Below are positions 12,907 to 25,282 of a stretch of DNA of 64,000 nucleotides, piece by piece. Each line of letters opens with the position of its first letter. The stretch's first letter is position 1. A program made the position numbers and the translations under genes. The notes below the pieces were generated by a model, which saw only the letters and a program-made list of their open reading frames with translations, had not been told where the DNA came from and searched no databases. The DNA comes from Felis catus (Eukaryota): positions 19,036,001 to 19,100,000 of the forward strand of contig NC_058369.1 in assembly GCF_018350175.1 (NCBI RefSeq). Direction: 5' to 3'.

Positions 12907-13909
12907 CTTCAAGATGGCTGCTTGAGTGCTAGCCACCACTTTGACTTGCCAACCAATAGGAAAGAAGCAGGAATGAAAGTGGACATGCCCCCCCCCCCCC
13001 CTTTAAGAATACTGCCTGGACTTTGCACACACTATTATTTATGTCCAGGTGATTAGAATTTAGTCATGGCCACACTTAACTGAAGGGAGCTCTGGGAGAC
13101 TTCTTTATTTCAGGTAACCATGTGCTCAGTTGAAAATCAAGGGTTTGCTTCCAAGGAAAAGGAAGCAAATAGGCATTGGGAGACTCCTTGAAGTCTCTTA
13201 ATTATCCAGAGTAAGAACCAAATTCCAAATTCTTCCAGGTTATAGAATTTTGTTTCTCCAAACCTTAATTATCCTTATAATAATAAAAAATATATTAAAT
13301 AATAAAATATATTTAATAAATTTAATTTAAAATGTACATTTCTGTTCTTGTATTCTTTTTTTTTTTTTTTTTTTTTTTTTAATGTTTATTCATCTTTGAG
13401 AGGGAGACAGAGCGAGAGGGAGACAGAATCCAAAGCAGACTCCAGGTACCGAGCTGTTAGCACAGAGCCCAACACGGGGCTGGAACTCAACAAACCGTGA
13501 GATCATGACCTGAGCCACACACTTAACCAACTAAGCCACCCAGGCGCCACTCTGTTCTTGTACTCTTTAAAAAACATGTAGACTTGGGGCACCTAGTCTA
13601 TGTGCTCAGTCAGTTAAGTGTCTGACTCTTGGTTTTGGTTCAGGTCATGATCTCACCGTTTGCGAGTTCAAGCCCCACATTGGGCTCTGTGCTGACAGTG
13701 CAGAGCCTGCTTGGGATTCTCTCTCTCCATCTCTACCCCTTCCCTGCTCAAGCTCACGCTCTCTCTCTCTCTCAAACTAAATAAATAATCTTTAAAATTT
13801 TTTTTAAAAACCCACATAGACTGATAGCTAGTAGCTATAGCATATGCTACGGAATAGACCATTGTTGGAATCAATGTCTAAAGTTTGAATTAAAAAAAAA
13901 AAGAGTTTG

Positions 13910-14025
13910 AGGGGTGGGAGGGAGGGGAGGGTGGGTGATGGGTATTGAGGGCACCTTTTGGGATGAGCACAGGTGTTGTATGGAAACCAATTTGACAATA
14001 AACTTCATATATTGGGGAAAAAAAA
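13910..14025 (+). mobile_element. Very short carnivore L1 3'-terminal fragment
   Basis: gggtgatgggtattgagg...ggatgagcac..gtgttgtatggaaaccaatttgacaataaa matches the L1 end at 5570-5640; flanked by (a/g)agtttga repeats. Confidence 0.8.
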
Positions 14026-14885
14026 GTTTGAATGTAAGATCGATAGATCCAGAAGCTAGAAAAGTTGCAGTGTGATAAAAACCATGTTTTACCTTGGCAG
14101 CTTTGGATGTAGTTTTTCTACATGAGTTCTTCTGAGTCTTAGATTTATTATAAATATACAGGATTAAAGAGGATAGAAGCAGAATGCCTCTGAAAGCACC
14201 AGCATTTCTGCCAGGCCTTTCTTAGCAAGAAGAAGAGTATATGTTGATCTTAACTTATTTCTGGGCTTTTTTACTTTTCTTAAGTGTAGTCCTCTCTGGG
14301 TCACATCCAACTTTGCCTATTATATGTGCTGCTCACAGTGCACTTATACCTGGTGAACCATCAGCACAGTTGACCTCTGAGCATAAACTTTCTCATTTCC
14401 TTCTGTCTGTCTTCACTTCCAACAGTGTCGAAGAACTCTTTCCATTCTGTAATTTTCCTCTAAGAATTTCAAATAGAGATATGGTTTCCCATTTGTTTAT
14501 TGTCTTTGTGCTTTAAAACATAATCTCCACGAGAGCATCATTAGGTTTTGTTCACTACTGAACTAGTCTAGTCACCACCATGCCTAGTCAGCTGTGAGAA
14601 AATATTTTTGTGGATTAAGAATACATATCCTATTCTGGTTAATGTTTTTTGGGGATGAGGAGGTGGTAGGGAAAGGATAAAGGCATTTTTTAAATCTACA
14701 AACCTCTAGAAGTCTTCCCACAAGAAGAAATAATCTCAGTACATTGAGTTGAAGTCTTTTGGAGAGGAGCCAGCCACATGTTATAATGTTGACCATCTTC
14801 TTGAACCTCAGATTGGTTTGTATTGCTTAACACATCACTTTTCAACAGGCCAGAACATGAAGTTGGAACTATCTTAGAAAATCTA

Positions 14886-15109
14886 GGGGCGCCTGGGTGG
14901 CGCAGTCGGTTAAGCGTCCGACTTCAGCCAGGTCACGATCTCGCGGTCTGTGAGTTCGAGCCCCGCGTCAGGCTCTGGGCTGATGGCTCAGAGCCTGGAG
15001 CCTGTTTCCGATTCTGTGTCTCCCTCTCTCTCTGCCCCTCCCCCGTTCATGCTCTGTCTCTCTCTGTCCCAAAAAAAATAAATAAACGTTGGAAAAAAAA
15101 AAAAAAAAA
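14886..15109 (+). mobile_element. Young felid Can-SINE
   Basis: Near-identical to the copy at 1677; TSD AGAAAATCTA at 14876 and 15110. Confidence 0.95.
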
Positions 15110-15328
15110 AGAAAATCTAGGTGTGCAGGCTATTGTGTGTAATAGAAACCTCAAGATGCTTCCGTTTTTTGTTTTTTTTTTTCTTTTCCTAAAGAAGATC
15201 TTTTACTGAGACCTATTTAAAACATTTCAGTCTTTAATTCAAATAAACTTCAACTCAGCTGAATGGCTAATCTAGGTAAAGGCTTCATCGTGACAAGAAT
15301 ACACCCCACCCAAAACAATAATAATTCC

Positions 15329-17920
15329 CGGGGCACCTGGGTGGCTCAGTCGGTTAAGCGTCCGACTTCAGCTCAGGTCATGATCTCGCGGTCCGTGATT
15401 TCGAGCCCTGCGTCAGGCTCTGGGCTGATGGCTCGGAGCCTGGAGCCTGCTTCCGATTCTGTGTTTCCCTCTCTCTCTGCCCCTCACCTGTTTATGCTCT
15501 GTCTCTGTCTCAAAAAATAAATAAACGTTAAAAAAATAATTTAAAAAAAATAATAATTCCCCACCTACAAAGACATTAAAGTAGGTTCCTGACTAAAGAG
15601 GCCTCCTAACACTGCTCAAGGATGGCCCTTTTTAAATATTTCTTTCCCAGTTTTTATTTATTTTTTCTTTTTTTCTTTTTTAATGTTTATTTTTGAGAGA
15701 GAGAGTGCACGAGCAGGGGAAGGGCAGAGAGAGGGAGACACAGAATCCAAAGCAGTCTCCAGGCTCTGAGCTGTCAGCACAGAGCCGATATGGGGCTCGA
15801 ACTCATGAACTGTGAGATCATGACCTGAGCTGAAGTCAGACGCTTAACTGACTGAGCTGCCCAGGCGCCGCCCCCCTCCACCCCCCCGCTTTTTTTTGTT
15901 TTAACGTTTATTTCTTTTGAGAGAGAAAGCATGTGGGGCGCCTGAGTGGCGCAGTCGGTTAAGTGTCCGACTTCAGCCAGGTCACGATCTCACGGTCCGT
16001 GGGTTCAAGCCCTGCGTCGGGCTCTGGGCTGATGGCTCAGAGCATGGAGCCTGTTTCCGATTCTGTGTCTCCCTCTCTCTCTGCCCCTCCCCCATTCATG
16101 CTCTATCTCGCTCTGTCCCAAAAATAAAAAAATAAAAAAAAATAAAAAATAAAAAATAAAGTTGAGAGAGAAAGCATGCATGCAAGCAGGGGAGGGACGG
16201 AGAGATTGAGAGAGAATCGCAAGCAGGCTCCATGTTCAGTGCAGAGTCTGACATGGGGCTCAGTCTCACAACTGACCTGAGTTGAAATCAAGAGTCAGAC
16301 ACTTAACCAGCTGAACCACCCAGGGGCCCCTCTTCCCAGTTTTTCTTATAAAAAAGAGAAATTTTCAATTATATGATCACTTGGTTAATTTTGACAACCT
16401 TTATTTATTTTTAAATGTTTATTTTGAGAGAGAGAGAGCATGTAAGCGTGAGAGGGCCAGAAAGAGAGGAAGAGAGAGAATCCCAAGCAGGCTTCATATT
16501 CAACTCAGAGCCGATGTGAGGTTCTTTCCCACACCCATGAGATCATGACCTGAGCCAAAACCAAGAGTCAGAAGCCCAACCTACTGAGCCACCCAGGCGC
16601 CCCAATTTTGATCTCCTTTAAACAGGTATAAAGGATGCCTTTTATTTATTTATTTTTTTAATGTTTATTTATTCTTGAGAGAGAGTGCATGAGTGGGAGA
16701 GGGGCAGAGAGAGAGGGAGACACAGAATCTGAAGAAGGCTTCAGGCTCTGAACTATCAGTACAGAGTTGGACGCTTAACTGACTGAGCCACCCAAGCTCC
16801 CCATGATGCCTTTTAATACACTGGATAGTATATCTTAGCTCTGAGGGTGTTTAAAGGTATTCAAGGGTTAAGGCTGTATTAGATTCTCAGAGCATACAAG
16901 TCTGATCACAGAGAGTTTCTTGATTGCTGAGGGCTCTGCCTTTGTAGCACTTGGCAGCAACTCTAGCTGAGACATTGTTAGCGACTTCTTGGGTTTGTGT
17001 TCTCTCAAATTCATAGATTACCTGAGATTTCTGCCCTGTGCAGAGATCATTCCCTCATTCTCAGTGTGTACCTGCTGCAGTAGCAGCTATTATATAGCTC
17101 AGTAAATGTTGCTTCCTCAGTGGTCTAACTTGGTTTTTTTTGTTTTTTTTTTTTTTTATGTTTATTTATTTTTGAGACAGAGAGAGACAGAGCATGAACG
17201 GGGGAGGGCCAGAGAGAGAGGGAGACATAAAATCTGAAGCAGGCTCCAGGCTCTGAGCTGCCAGCACAGCCCGATGCGGGGCTCGAACTCACAAGCTGTG
17301 AGATCGTGACCTGAGCCGAAGTCAGACGCTTAACCGACTGAGCCACCCAGGCGCCCCAAACTCAGTGGTCTAATTTGACTTGAGCTTGCCTTACATGTGA
17401 AAAGCCACCCCTCGTTTTTATTACGAACTGAAGTGAAGTTTGATAATAGACCGAAAAGGATTAGGCACTTAATCATTTGTCCCGTTGGACCTTTTCTGAC
17501 TCAGAGCTTCCATTCTTAGTCTTATAGCAGCTGTCAAGAGTGGCATTGGGTCTGTAGCGCTTTTTTTTTTTTTTCAACGTTTATTTTTTTATTTTGGGGA
17601 CAGAGAGAGACAGAGCATGAACGGGGGAGGGGCAGAGAGAGAGGGAGACACAGAATCAGAAACAGGCTCCAGGCTCTGAGCCATCAGCCCAGAGCCCGAC
17701 GCGGGGCTCGAACTCCCGGACCGCGAGATCGTGACCTGGCTGAAGTCAGACACTTAACCGACTGCGCCACCCAGGCGCCCCTTTTTTTTTTTTTTATTGT
17801 TTGTTTGTTTGTTTGTTGTTGTTGTTGTTTTCTTTAGTAATCTCTATACCCAACATGGGTCTGGCTCAAACTCACAGCCCCAAGATCAGGAGTCGCATAT
17901 TATTCCAGCTGAGCCAGCCT
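15329..17920. mobile_element. Dense cluster of about nine Can-SINEs in both orientations (15329+, 15660-, 15890- with nested 15935+, 16400-, 16640-, 17130-, 17561-, 17830-)
   Basis: Repeated tRNA-derived heads (ggggcrcctgggtggc.cag or their reverse complements), CT-rich bodies and A/T tails. Confidence 0.9.
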
Positions 17921-19570
17921 GATTCTGTACCTTGGATCTGTAGCTTTTTGCCTAAGAAAAAAAGAATGGTGGGTGTTTACCGAACTAAGGTGGCAATTGA
18001 ACATTGTGTATTCACAAGTCTGGCACTGTATTTTATTCATCTTTTCAGGACATTGTTTCTGCAGAAAGCATGTCAGCAGGGCTTTCTGAAATGTCTGAGC
18101 AAGGACACTGAAAGCAAAGAGACTAATAGAGACAGTCTTCAAGAAGCTAAGGTTCTTGGGTGGGAGGTAGCAGTAGAAATAATGTTTTCAATGGGAGGCC
18201 GGAAGAAGAGCTGCTGGCTCTTTGGGGGATACCTGGGGAACACTGTAGCCTTCGTGGTCACCTCAGGGTGTGATCTGCAGTGTCTTAAGACTTGTGGGCC
18301 TCTCTTGGCTTTTCCTCCCACCTCCCAGCATGAGCTCTGCATACAGAAAAAGAAATGAGAAATGTTTTGATTATGTTACTCAATAAACAAAATAAGAAAC
18401 TTTACATTTACCACAATGATTTTAGAAACTCCCTTTTACTTCCCCTACAGTGACTTGATTTAGAGCCCTAGACATTGAAGCATAACTATATGTTTAATTT
18501 AGGGTCCACTTTTTGCAGAGACATGAGCAGGGGGAGCTAGAGCAATAGTCATCTCAGGATATGAAAGAGTGTTTATATATATAGTGTTCTGTTATTCAGC
18601 AGTGTGGGGAGAAAATGTCCCTAACTGCAGTAGGCAGAGAGCCCCTCTTTTATTTGGGACTAAAACCTCTGCTCTGCATACCTCACAATTTTTTTAGGGT
18701 TAATTGAGAAAATCGTTAGGAAGGAACAATCTGTATCTTGTTTCTGTATCTGTTCTGCTTTTGAGTACTTTGATTTCATCACAATGCAATTGAAACCAAG
18801 TGAGAAAAAAAAGTGGAGGTTATAGAAACCTGAATTCTGAAGGGAATTCTGAGGATTATCAATAAGATCTGTTCCAATGTGATCTTCTACTTCCATTAAG
18901 AATTTTTTGGAAATAAGTTATTGATTAACCAGGGAAATTGTTTAACTAGACTAAGGTCCTTATCAACCTTGAATGAAATAATTACTTTAAAACATACACA
19001 ATTCTAACAAAATGAAATTTTCAAAAATGTTTGCAGTTTAGTGGTTCACAATTATTCAGTTATTGTAAGTACCAGTTGCTGGATCTAGTAATAATTTCTT
19101 TAGAGCAATATGTTTGTGGTGAAGGAGTTTGCTGAGTGCCCCATCCATCTACCTGGTCTCAGCCTCTGCCAGGAGCCTCACCTTCTCCCAAGGAAAGAAA
19201 AGACTTTTGGCTGTTTTGATTATTTACTTATTTGCTTACTCATGTATTTGTTTTTATTTTGCATCTTTGTTTTTGACCCAGATGACTCTTAGGATAGGAG
19301 AGTTTTGTGGATCCCTTGGTAAGCAAGTCTTCCTTAAGTCTTCTGAGGAGCTAAGTTGTTGAATTACCTCCAAGACTGTAGATTACTGGTTTTCTTTCAT
19401 AATTACAAGAGGCATTTTCTAGAAGAACTGGGATCTTAAAAATACACCAAAGACTGGGGGGTGCCTGGGTGGCCCAGCCTGATTCTTGATTTCGGCTCGG
19501 GTCATGATCCAAGGGTCATGGGATCGAGCCCCGTGTTGGGCTCCTTGTGGAGCATGGAGCCTGCTTGAAA

Positions 19571-19627
<57 letters not shown>

Positions 19628-19645
19628 CCTCTCTCTCCCCCCCCT

Positions 19646-19689
<44 letters not shown>

Positions 19690-22600
19690 CCCCTTCCCTC
19701 TCTCTCTCTCTTTCTCTGTCTCCCTCTCCCCCCGCCCCATGCCCCTGTTCCCCACCCATGCTCTCTCTCTTTCTCTTTATTTAAAAAAAAAATGCACCAA
19801 AGACTATCAGGGAATGGTGATGAAGGGGGTGGAATATGTTTTTAGCACCAGATACTTTTGCAATAATCAAGTTGCTCTATGTCAGGGCCTGGTCGAGAGT
19901 GTATTGTATTCCTGGTACAGAGTTCATCTTGAGACCCTGACTTTGCTGAGCCTGGTGGATTGGGCTGAGTGAAACACAGGCCAGCCATATTGCTTCAGAG
20001 AGCACAAATAAGGTTTTAGCAAGATGCTGGTTGTGTCCTCTTAGGAAATGATAAACTGGTCTGGTAATGAAATGTATATTTTAGGAAGCGTTTTAGAAAA
20101 AACAATTGTGCTTACATCTAGACAAGAAAAGATATCAAGATGAAGTAGCAGCTGAGACTGCAATGTCTTCTTGCCCCTCAACTTTTTAGAAAAACTTTTA
20201 ATTTTTAAAGATTTTATTTTTGTTTAAATAATCTCTGCACACAATGTGGGCTTCAGACTAACGCCCCTGAGATCAAGAGTCACATGCCCTACTTACTGTG
20301 CCAGCCAGGCACCCCAATCTTGTCCCTCAACTTTAAATTGGACCCTGAAGTGGGATTCTGTTTCCAGTGGAGATCCATCAGGGCCTCATCTCCTGGCTGC
20401 TCAGTGGGGCACTTAGACCCTGTTCTTTGAAAAGCCAGTCTAACAGAGGGTATGGAGATCACTGGACAGAACTCCTACAGAGTTGTCACAGAGCATTTCT
20501 TCTTTGAATTTCTACCTCTACTTACCTCCTTCCTCCCTTTCCTCCTTCTGTCTCATTTTGGTTTTGGCCTTTGGAAATACTAAGTTTTATAAAATGTTTG
20601 AACTAGAGCATATCCTTGCACTAGAAAAATTGATCCTGTCTGCTTTGCAAAAGATTTCTATAAAAACTACACTTTTATACTAAGGGGAATGACATACATC
20701 TGTTTTTAAACCGTTTTGTTCCTCTTGCTGTATTCTTTCTGTGGGACCATTTGATTGCTAGGTGGTTGAAACTGCTGGTAGCAGCTACTTACTACCAACT
20801 GTCTTTGTCTTAGGCTTGTGCCTAAAGTAATTGTAGTGCTTTAAGAACGTAAAGACCACTTGAGCAGGCCATTTGGGGGGGGGGGGTTGGCAACACAGTC
20901 AGGAAGCAGGGTCTTTACGACAGTCTCTCTAAAAAGTCCCTACGGGGCCATTGCCTGCAAATTTCTTTAGACTTTATGCATCTTTTCATCAGAAGCCACC
21001 TTTCATGTGTCAACTATTATAAGATGGCTGACTCCCTGGAAGCTTGAAAACAAAGAAAAACAGTGTGGCAAAAAGAAAACCCGACTTTTGGTTCTATATG
21101 TGTTGCTAACTAGCTCTGTAACCTTGGGCAAGCTGTTCCATGTATCCCAGCCATTCTTTCCCATGTGGAAATAAATTCTATATATGCCCTACTTGTGAGG
21201 ATTGAGCAAGGTGACATTTATGAAGAATGCCTTTGTAAACTGTAATTGCCTTGTGAATAAAGATTACTATCTCTGATAAACAGTACCAGTTCTCAGCCAC
21301 CAGTAACCTGATTTTCTCATCCTGTGTTTGGAAGAAGCACAAATCTACGAGGAGGGATTGCTGATGTTTCAGTGTGAGTTGTACACAAGGCTCACATACT
21401 TTCTCCCTGCCTTTTGATCCTGTCTCACTCCACACTTTAACGGGATACCAGTTCTCCCGCACAGCTGCCATGCTGTCAGTACAGTGTGACTGGGACTGCA
21501 CTTGTGTTGGAGATCTTTAACACACATGCTGAGCTGCTGGCCAGAAATGTTCTTCCCCTTCCCATGTGCTCTTGTACCTCCCCAGTACCTTAAGAATTCT
21601 TGGGGCTTGGTTATAAGCCAGGTGAACCATGTGGTAGATTCTTATTTAATTCTCTGACCCAAGTCCTTTCCACAGGTTGACAGTCACAAAATGAAGTTAT
21701 GAATGAAGTCTCTGGGAGCAGCAGCTGAAAAAGGAAATGGAAATGATTGTGTTGAGTTCAGCAGCCCTCAGACCCAGAGTGTGCTCTTGTCTAGTGTCCC
21801 CGAGGTGGAGAATAAGGACTTGCTTTACTCTCCAGGAGTGCAGTTGTCTCTAGCTTCCTGCAGCTTCACGTTAAAACCCCTTGAGATTATATAGTTAAGA
21901 ACATCTCTAGATGACTTTGTCAAGTGAGGGCTTTGGTCTTAGAGAATTTTAGCAGGTTTTAATCTAATTTAAGCCCAGTCTAACACTACTGAGAAAGGAG
22001 GTGTCTTTGGTTTTACTTTCAAATGTAAAATTTGACATTTCCTCTTCTTTGGGAGCCAGACGTGGTTAGTTAGACTCGTGGTCTTCATGGTACCTTTGCC
22101 TTAGTAGCTTAATAATTAAAACTCAGTAATTCAAATGATGAATAAAAGCCCTAATGTGTGAAGATGGTAGATGATAGACAAAAGTAGACAACCAAAAAGT
22201 GATGAAATCATTTTTAATGACTTATTATTTTTTACTTATTAATATTTATCTAAATTTTTACTAACTCAACTCCCCACAGTTTGCTTCCTTAGGAGACACT
22301 GGCAGATTTATACGCAGTCTGAAGAAAGGGCCTGGCCACAGGATAGGGAGGGGTATAGTGTATATCACACCTGTGCTTGGTATATTTGGGCAGACTAAGT
22401 GTGATAGCAGCTGGGGAATCAATCCTAGATAAACCTGATTGTTCTCATTCACATGATTTCTGTGTCTGTTTATTCTTATTAAAACAATTGGCTGTTCTTC
22501 AATAGTGATGTTAAAACCATTTCATATTCTTTAGCAGTGGTCTCCTCTGGCAGCTTTATGTCTTGCCGTGTACAGGTTGAAAAGAAAGAGTCGTCCTAGC

Positions 22601-23329
22601 TGTAGAGGACTCTGAGGAATTGGGAATCATTGCCTTTGTAACACATGAGGTGAAGGCAGTCTTCCTAAAGTTGATATGCTAATAGTGCTCCTGGCAGGAG
22701 GAGTTTCCTACCCTGGACGGAAAGTCATCCGTGATTCCTGGAGTCACAAGTTTGTTACCCTGGAAGTATAAAGGCTCTTTGCCTTAGAAATTCCTGAATC
22801 TACTGATGCCTCAAGTGGTAAAATCAAAATTTGCAATTGACTGTATTCACAGTAGTGCCTTGTTCTGCAGCACCGTTCACTCTTCGAATGGCAACCCACG
22901 CATTTTGTGGACTGGGTGTACAGATGCACACTACGACAGCAGTACCTCCCTCCGGAGCCACTGTGTGCTAAGCACTTCAGTCTTCCAGGGATGGTTGGAT
23001 CCATTTAGTCTTTTGTTCATTCCCCAAGTGCTTAAGTTCCTTTTCTATACCAAGTACTGCACTTGGTACGATAATAAAAGGCCAGCAGGATTTAGCCTGG
23101 ACACTAAGATCTGGCCCAGCAATTGACAACTAACATTAAGTGCTATCATGAAGATATAGGTTCTGATGTGTGGTGACCATTTCCTGTGAAAGCTTTAGTC
23201 TTTTAGTAGATTGAAATGGGTTGTGAAATATTATATTAACCTGTCAAGCAAATGAGGTGAAGCGAGTGGCATTTTGACCTTGTCTAGTCTCACCTGCTGA
23301 TTCTAGTCCTTTTTTAGCACTTAGGAGTT

Positions 23330-23935
23330 GAAATACATTTATTGAGCCCTCACTGTATTCCATTCTAAGCTCTTTACATGTATTAATTTACTTAATCTTC
23401 ATAACCACCTTATGAAATAGGTACTGTTATCCCTACTTTACAAATGAGGAAACAAAAGAACATGGAAATTAAGGTCCTTGTTAAAGGTCATGAGGTAGAG
23501 GCAGGATTCAGATTTAGGGAACCTGATCCAGAGTCCATATTCTTAAATGATGTGATACACTGCCTCTGGGTGGAAGGGTACCATCTTGACCAACCTCCTG
23601 TATGGGTAGAGCTTGGCAGAGTGATAGTTCCCTGACCCTCTGTGCCTGCAGAGTTTTGCTCTTTCCTGGATTGGTTTCTGAGAGCAGATTGCTTGTGCCT
23701 AATACAGAACAAGAGTTGATGAATGCTGCAGGAGGTCCCTTATCTACAGCCCCACATGTGAATCTGGCTCTACCTTTCACCATCTGGATGACCTTGACTC
23801 TGAGCATGTTTCCTCATCTGTGAAGTGGAGATAATGTTATTTTATGGGATCATTTAGGGGATTAAATAAAATAACATACTTAACAGTTCCTGGCTCTGAG
23901 TAAGTGCCTAATAAACGTTAGCAAATTTTTATTGC
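23330..23935. mobile_element. Two MIR elements in opposite orientation (~23330-23560 minus, ~23740-23935 plus); other MIR-like cores near 21100, 30500, 38500, 52560 and 56650
   Basis: MIR core motifs ttacaaatgaggaaac and gtttcctcatctgtgaagtggagataat. Confidence 0.65.
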
Positions 23936-25207
23936 CATCATCCTCTAACCTTGAGAACGAGCCAAGAAACAATTTCTCAGAGACCAGATTCTAGGACCTA
24001 GGTAGGTGGGCAGATTTCCTTTGGTTTTGACAAGACAATAATTTTATTCTATGTATTTCTCTTGACTCTTTTGGTGTGAAAAGCAGAGAGGTAAAGCATT
24101 ATTTGACAGATGTATGGATTCAAGCAAGAAACTGAGGTCCATTTGCAAAGAAATGCCTTGTAGAACTCAGAGCCCTGTCTGAGGAGACACAGAGGACCCT
24201 AGAGGGCGGAGAATGAACACAGCGCAGGGGCTAGTTCCAGAGTCGCATTCTCGGTTAGTTCACTTACCAGTGTGGGTGAGGGTCTCTTGTCAGTAGGCAG
24301 AGATTTTTTTCCTCTACTCTAACACGTGTCTGCTGGCTAGTGTTTATTAAAACTTAACTTTTTCTTAATATGAAATAGAATTTGTGACTTTTCTAAAATG
24401 CAGAGGCAAAGGAACTCTGTTAACTGCAGGCTTACTGATCCCCTTTCCCCACCTGTTCCTGTGCCAGACTTCCCCAGAGTGCTTATTTGCCAATGGTTGC
24501 TCCTCAGATCTCATGGCTAGCTCACTCCATAGGCTCCAAGCCAGAGTGATGCTGCTGCCACCACTGCCGCCAACACCTCTGCTGCCACCACCAGCCATTC
24601 AGGTTCCTGCCATAAGGATGTGACCTGCCGTGAAGCTTTCACCTTTCTCCTTTCTGCCTGTCATTGGGGTTGTGCCTCTTTTCCTGGTGCTTTTGCCATG
24701 CGGCCAGTGTTCCAAAGAAAGTTTTCAGGCACCAAAGTTAAGAGCCCTACCTACCTCTCCCAAGGAGATTTTTGAGTTAGCCATGGAAAAGAAGACAATT
24801 GAGAGGGCTCCTGTGCCTCTGTGCTACAGAAGGAAGAGTTTGCTTCTTGATAGTGTGCTAGCGCCAAGCCAGGTGGGGGAGACTTGCTGGGACTCATGTG
24901 AAAGTGCACTACGTGACCTCTGGAGAAGTAGACTGGGCCTATCCTGCCCAAGGACAGCACCCTGACCCACAGGAGCCAAGGCCGAAGACTGATATCACCT
25001 TCTGCCACGCCCTTTCCTTAAGCTTAAGCTTAAGCTTGCTCTGCCACACTGCCCCAAGTCTGTGGCTTAAAACAGCCATTTCCTTTTGTTGATGAATAGG
25101 CCACTCTTTGTAAAATGTTTCAGCTTGGGGACTGGAAAGGCAGTCTGTGCCTTCCTGTCTGTTTCTCTGAGGGTTGACGTTGATGGCTTCTGTCTTTGTC
25201 TTCACAG

Positions 25208-25282
25208 GGAACTCTAATGATCCATGACAAAGAGGTCATCCTTGAGTATATATCAGGCCCGGACTTTTGGTACTGCAAACGG
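25208..25282 (+). CDS. RBM6: RBM6 coding exon 7 (end of RRM1, start of RanBP2-type zinc finger): GTLMIHDKEVILEYISGPDFWYCKR
   Basis: Acceptor ctttgtcttcacag (AG 25206-07), donor CGG|gtaagt at 25283. 75 nt, phase 0/0. Peptide matches recalled RBM6 GTLMIxDKEV...FWYCKR. Confidence 0.93.

Larger units (their letters stand above)
47..13810. mobile_element. Further dispersed Can-SINEs in RBM6 intron 6 (approx. starts 47+, 617+, 1167+, 2572-, 2753+, 3350-, 3741+, 3950-, 6915-, 7140+, 7551+, 8653+, 8983+, 12175-, 13355-, 13585+)
   Basis: Same diagnostic head, body and tail in each. The span is a range, not one element. Confidence 0.85.

Noticed and set aside
17801..18358. 185-aa ORF in RBM6 intron 6
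   Set aside because: It begins in a GTT-rich SINE tail with a non-ATG start and has no domain similarity or splice support.
24384..24965. Pro/Leu-rich ORFs upstream of RBM6 exon 7 as extra coding exons
   Set aside because: No convincing paired splice sites or RBM-family similarity; exons 7-21 already join into an uninterrupted frame of 604 aa.
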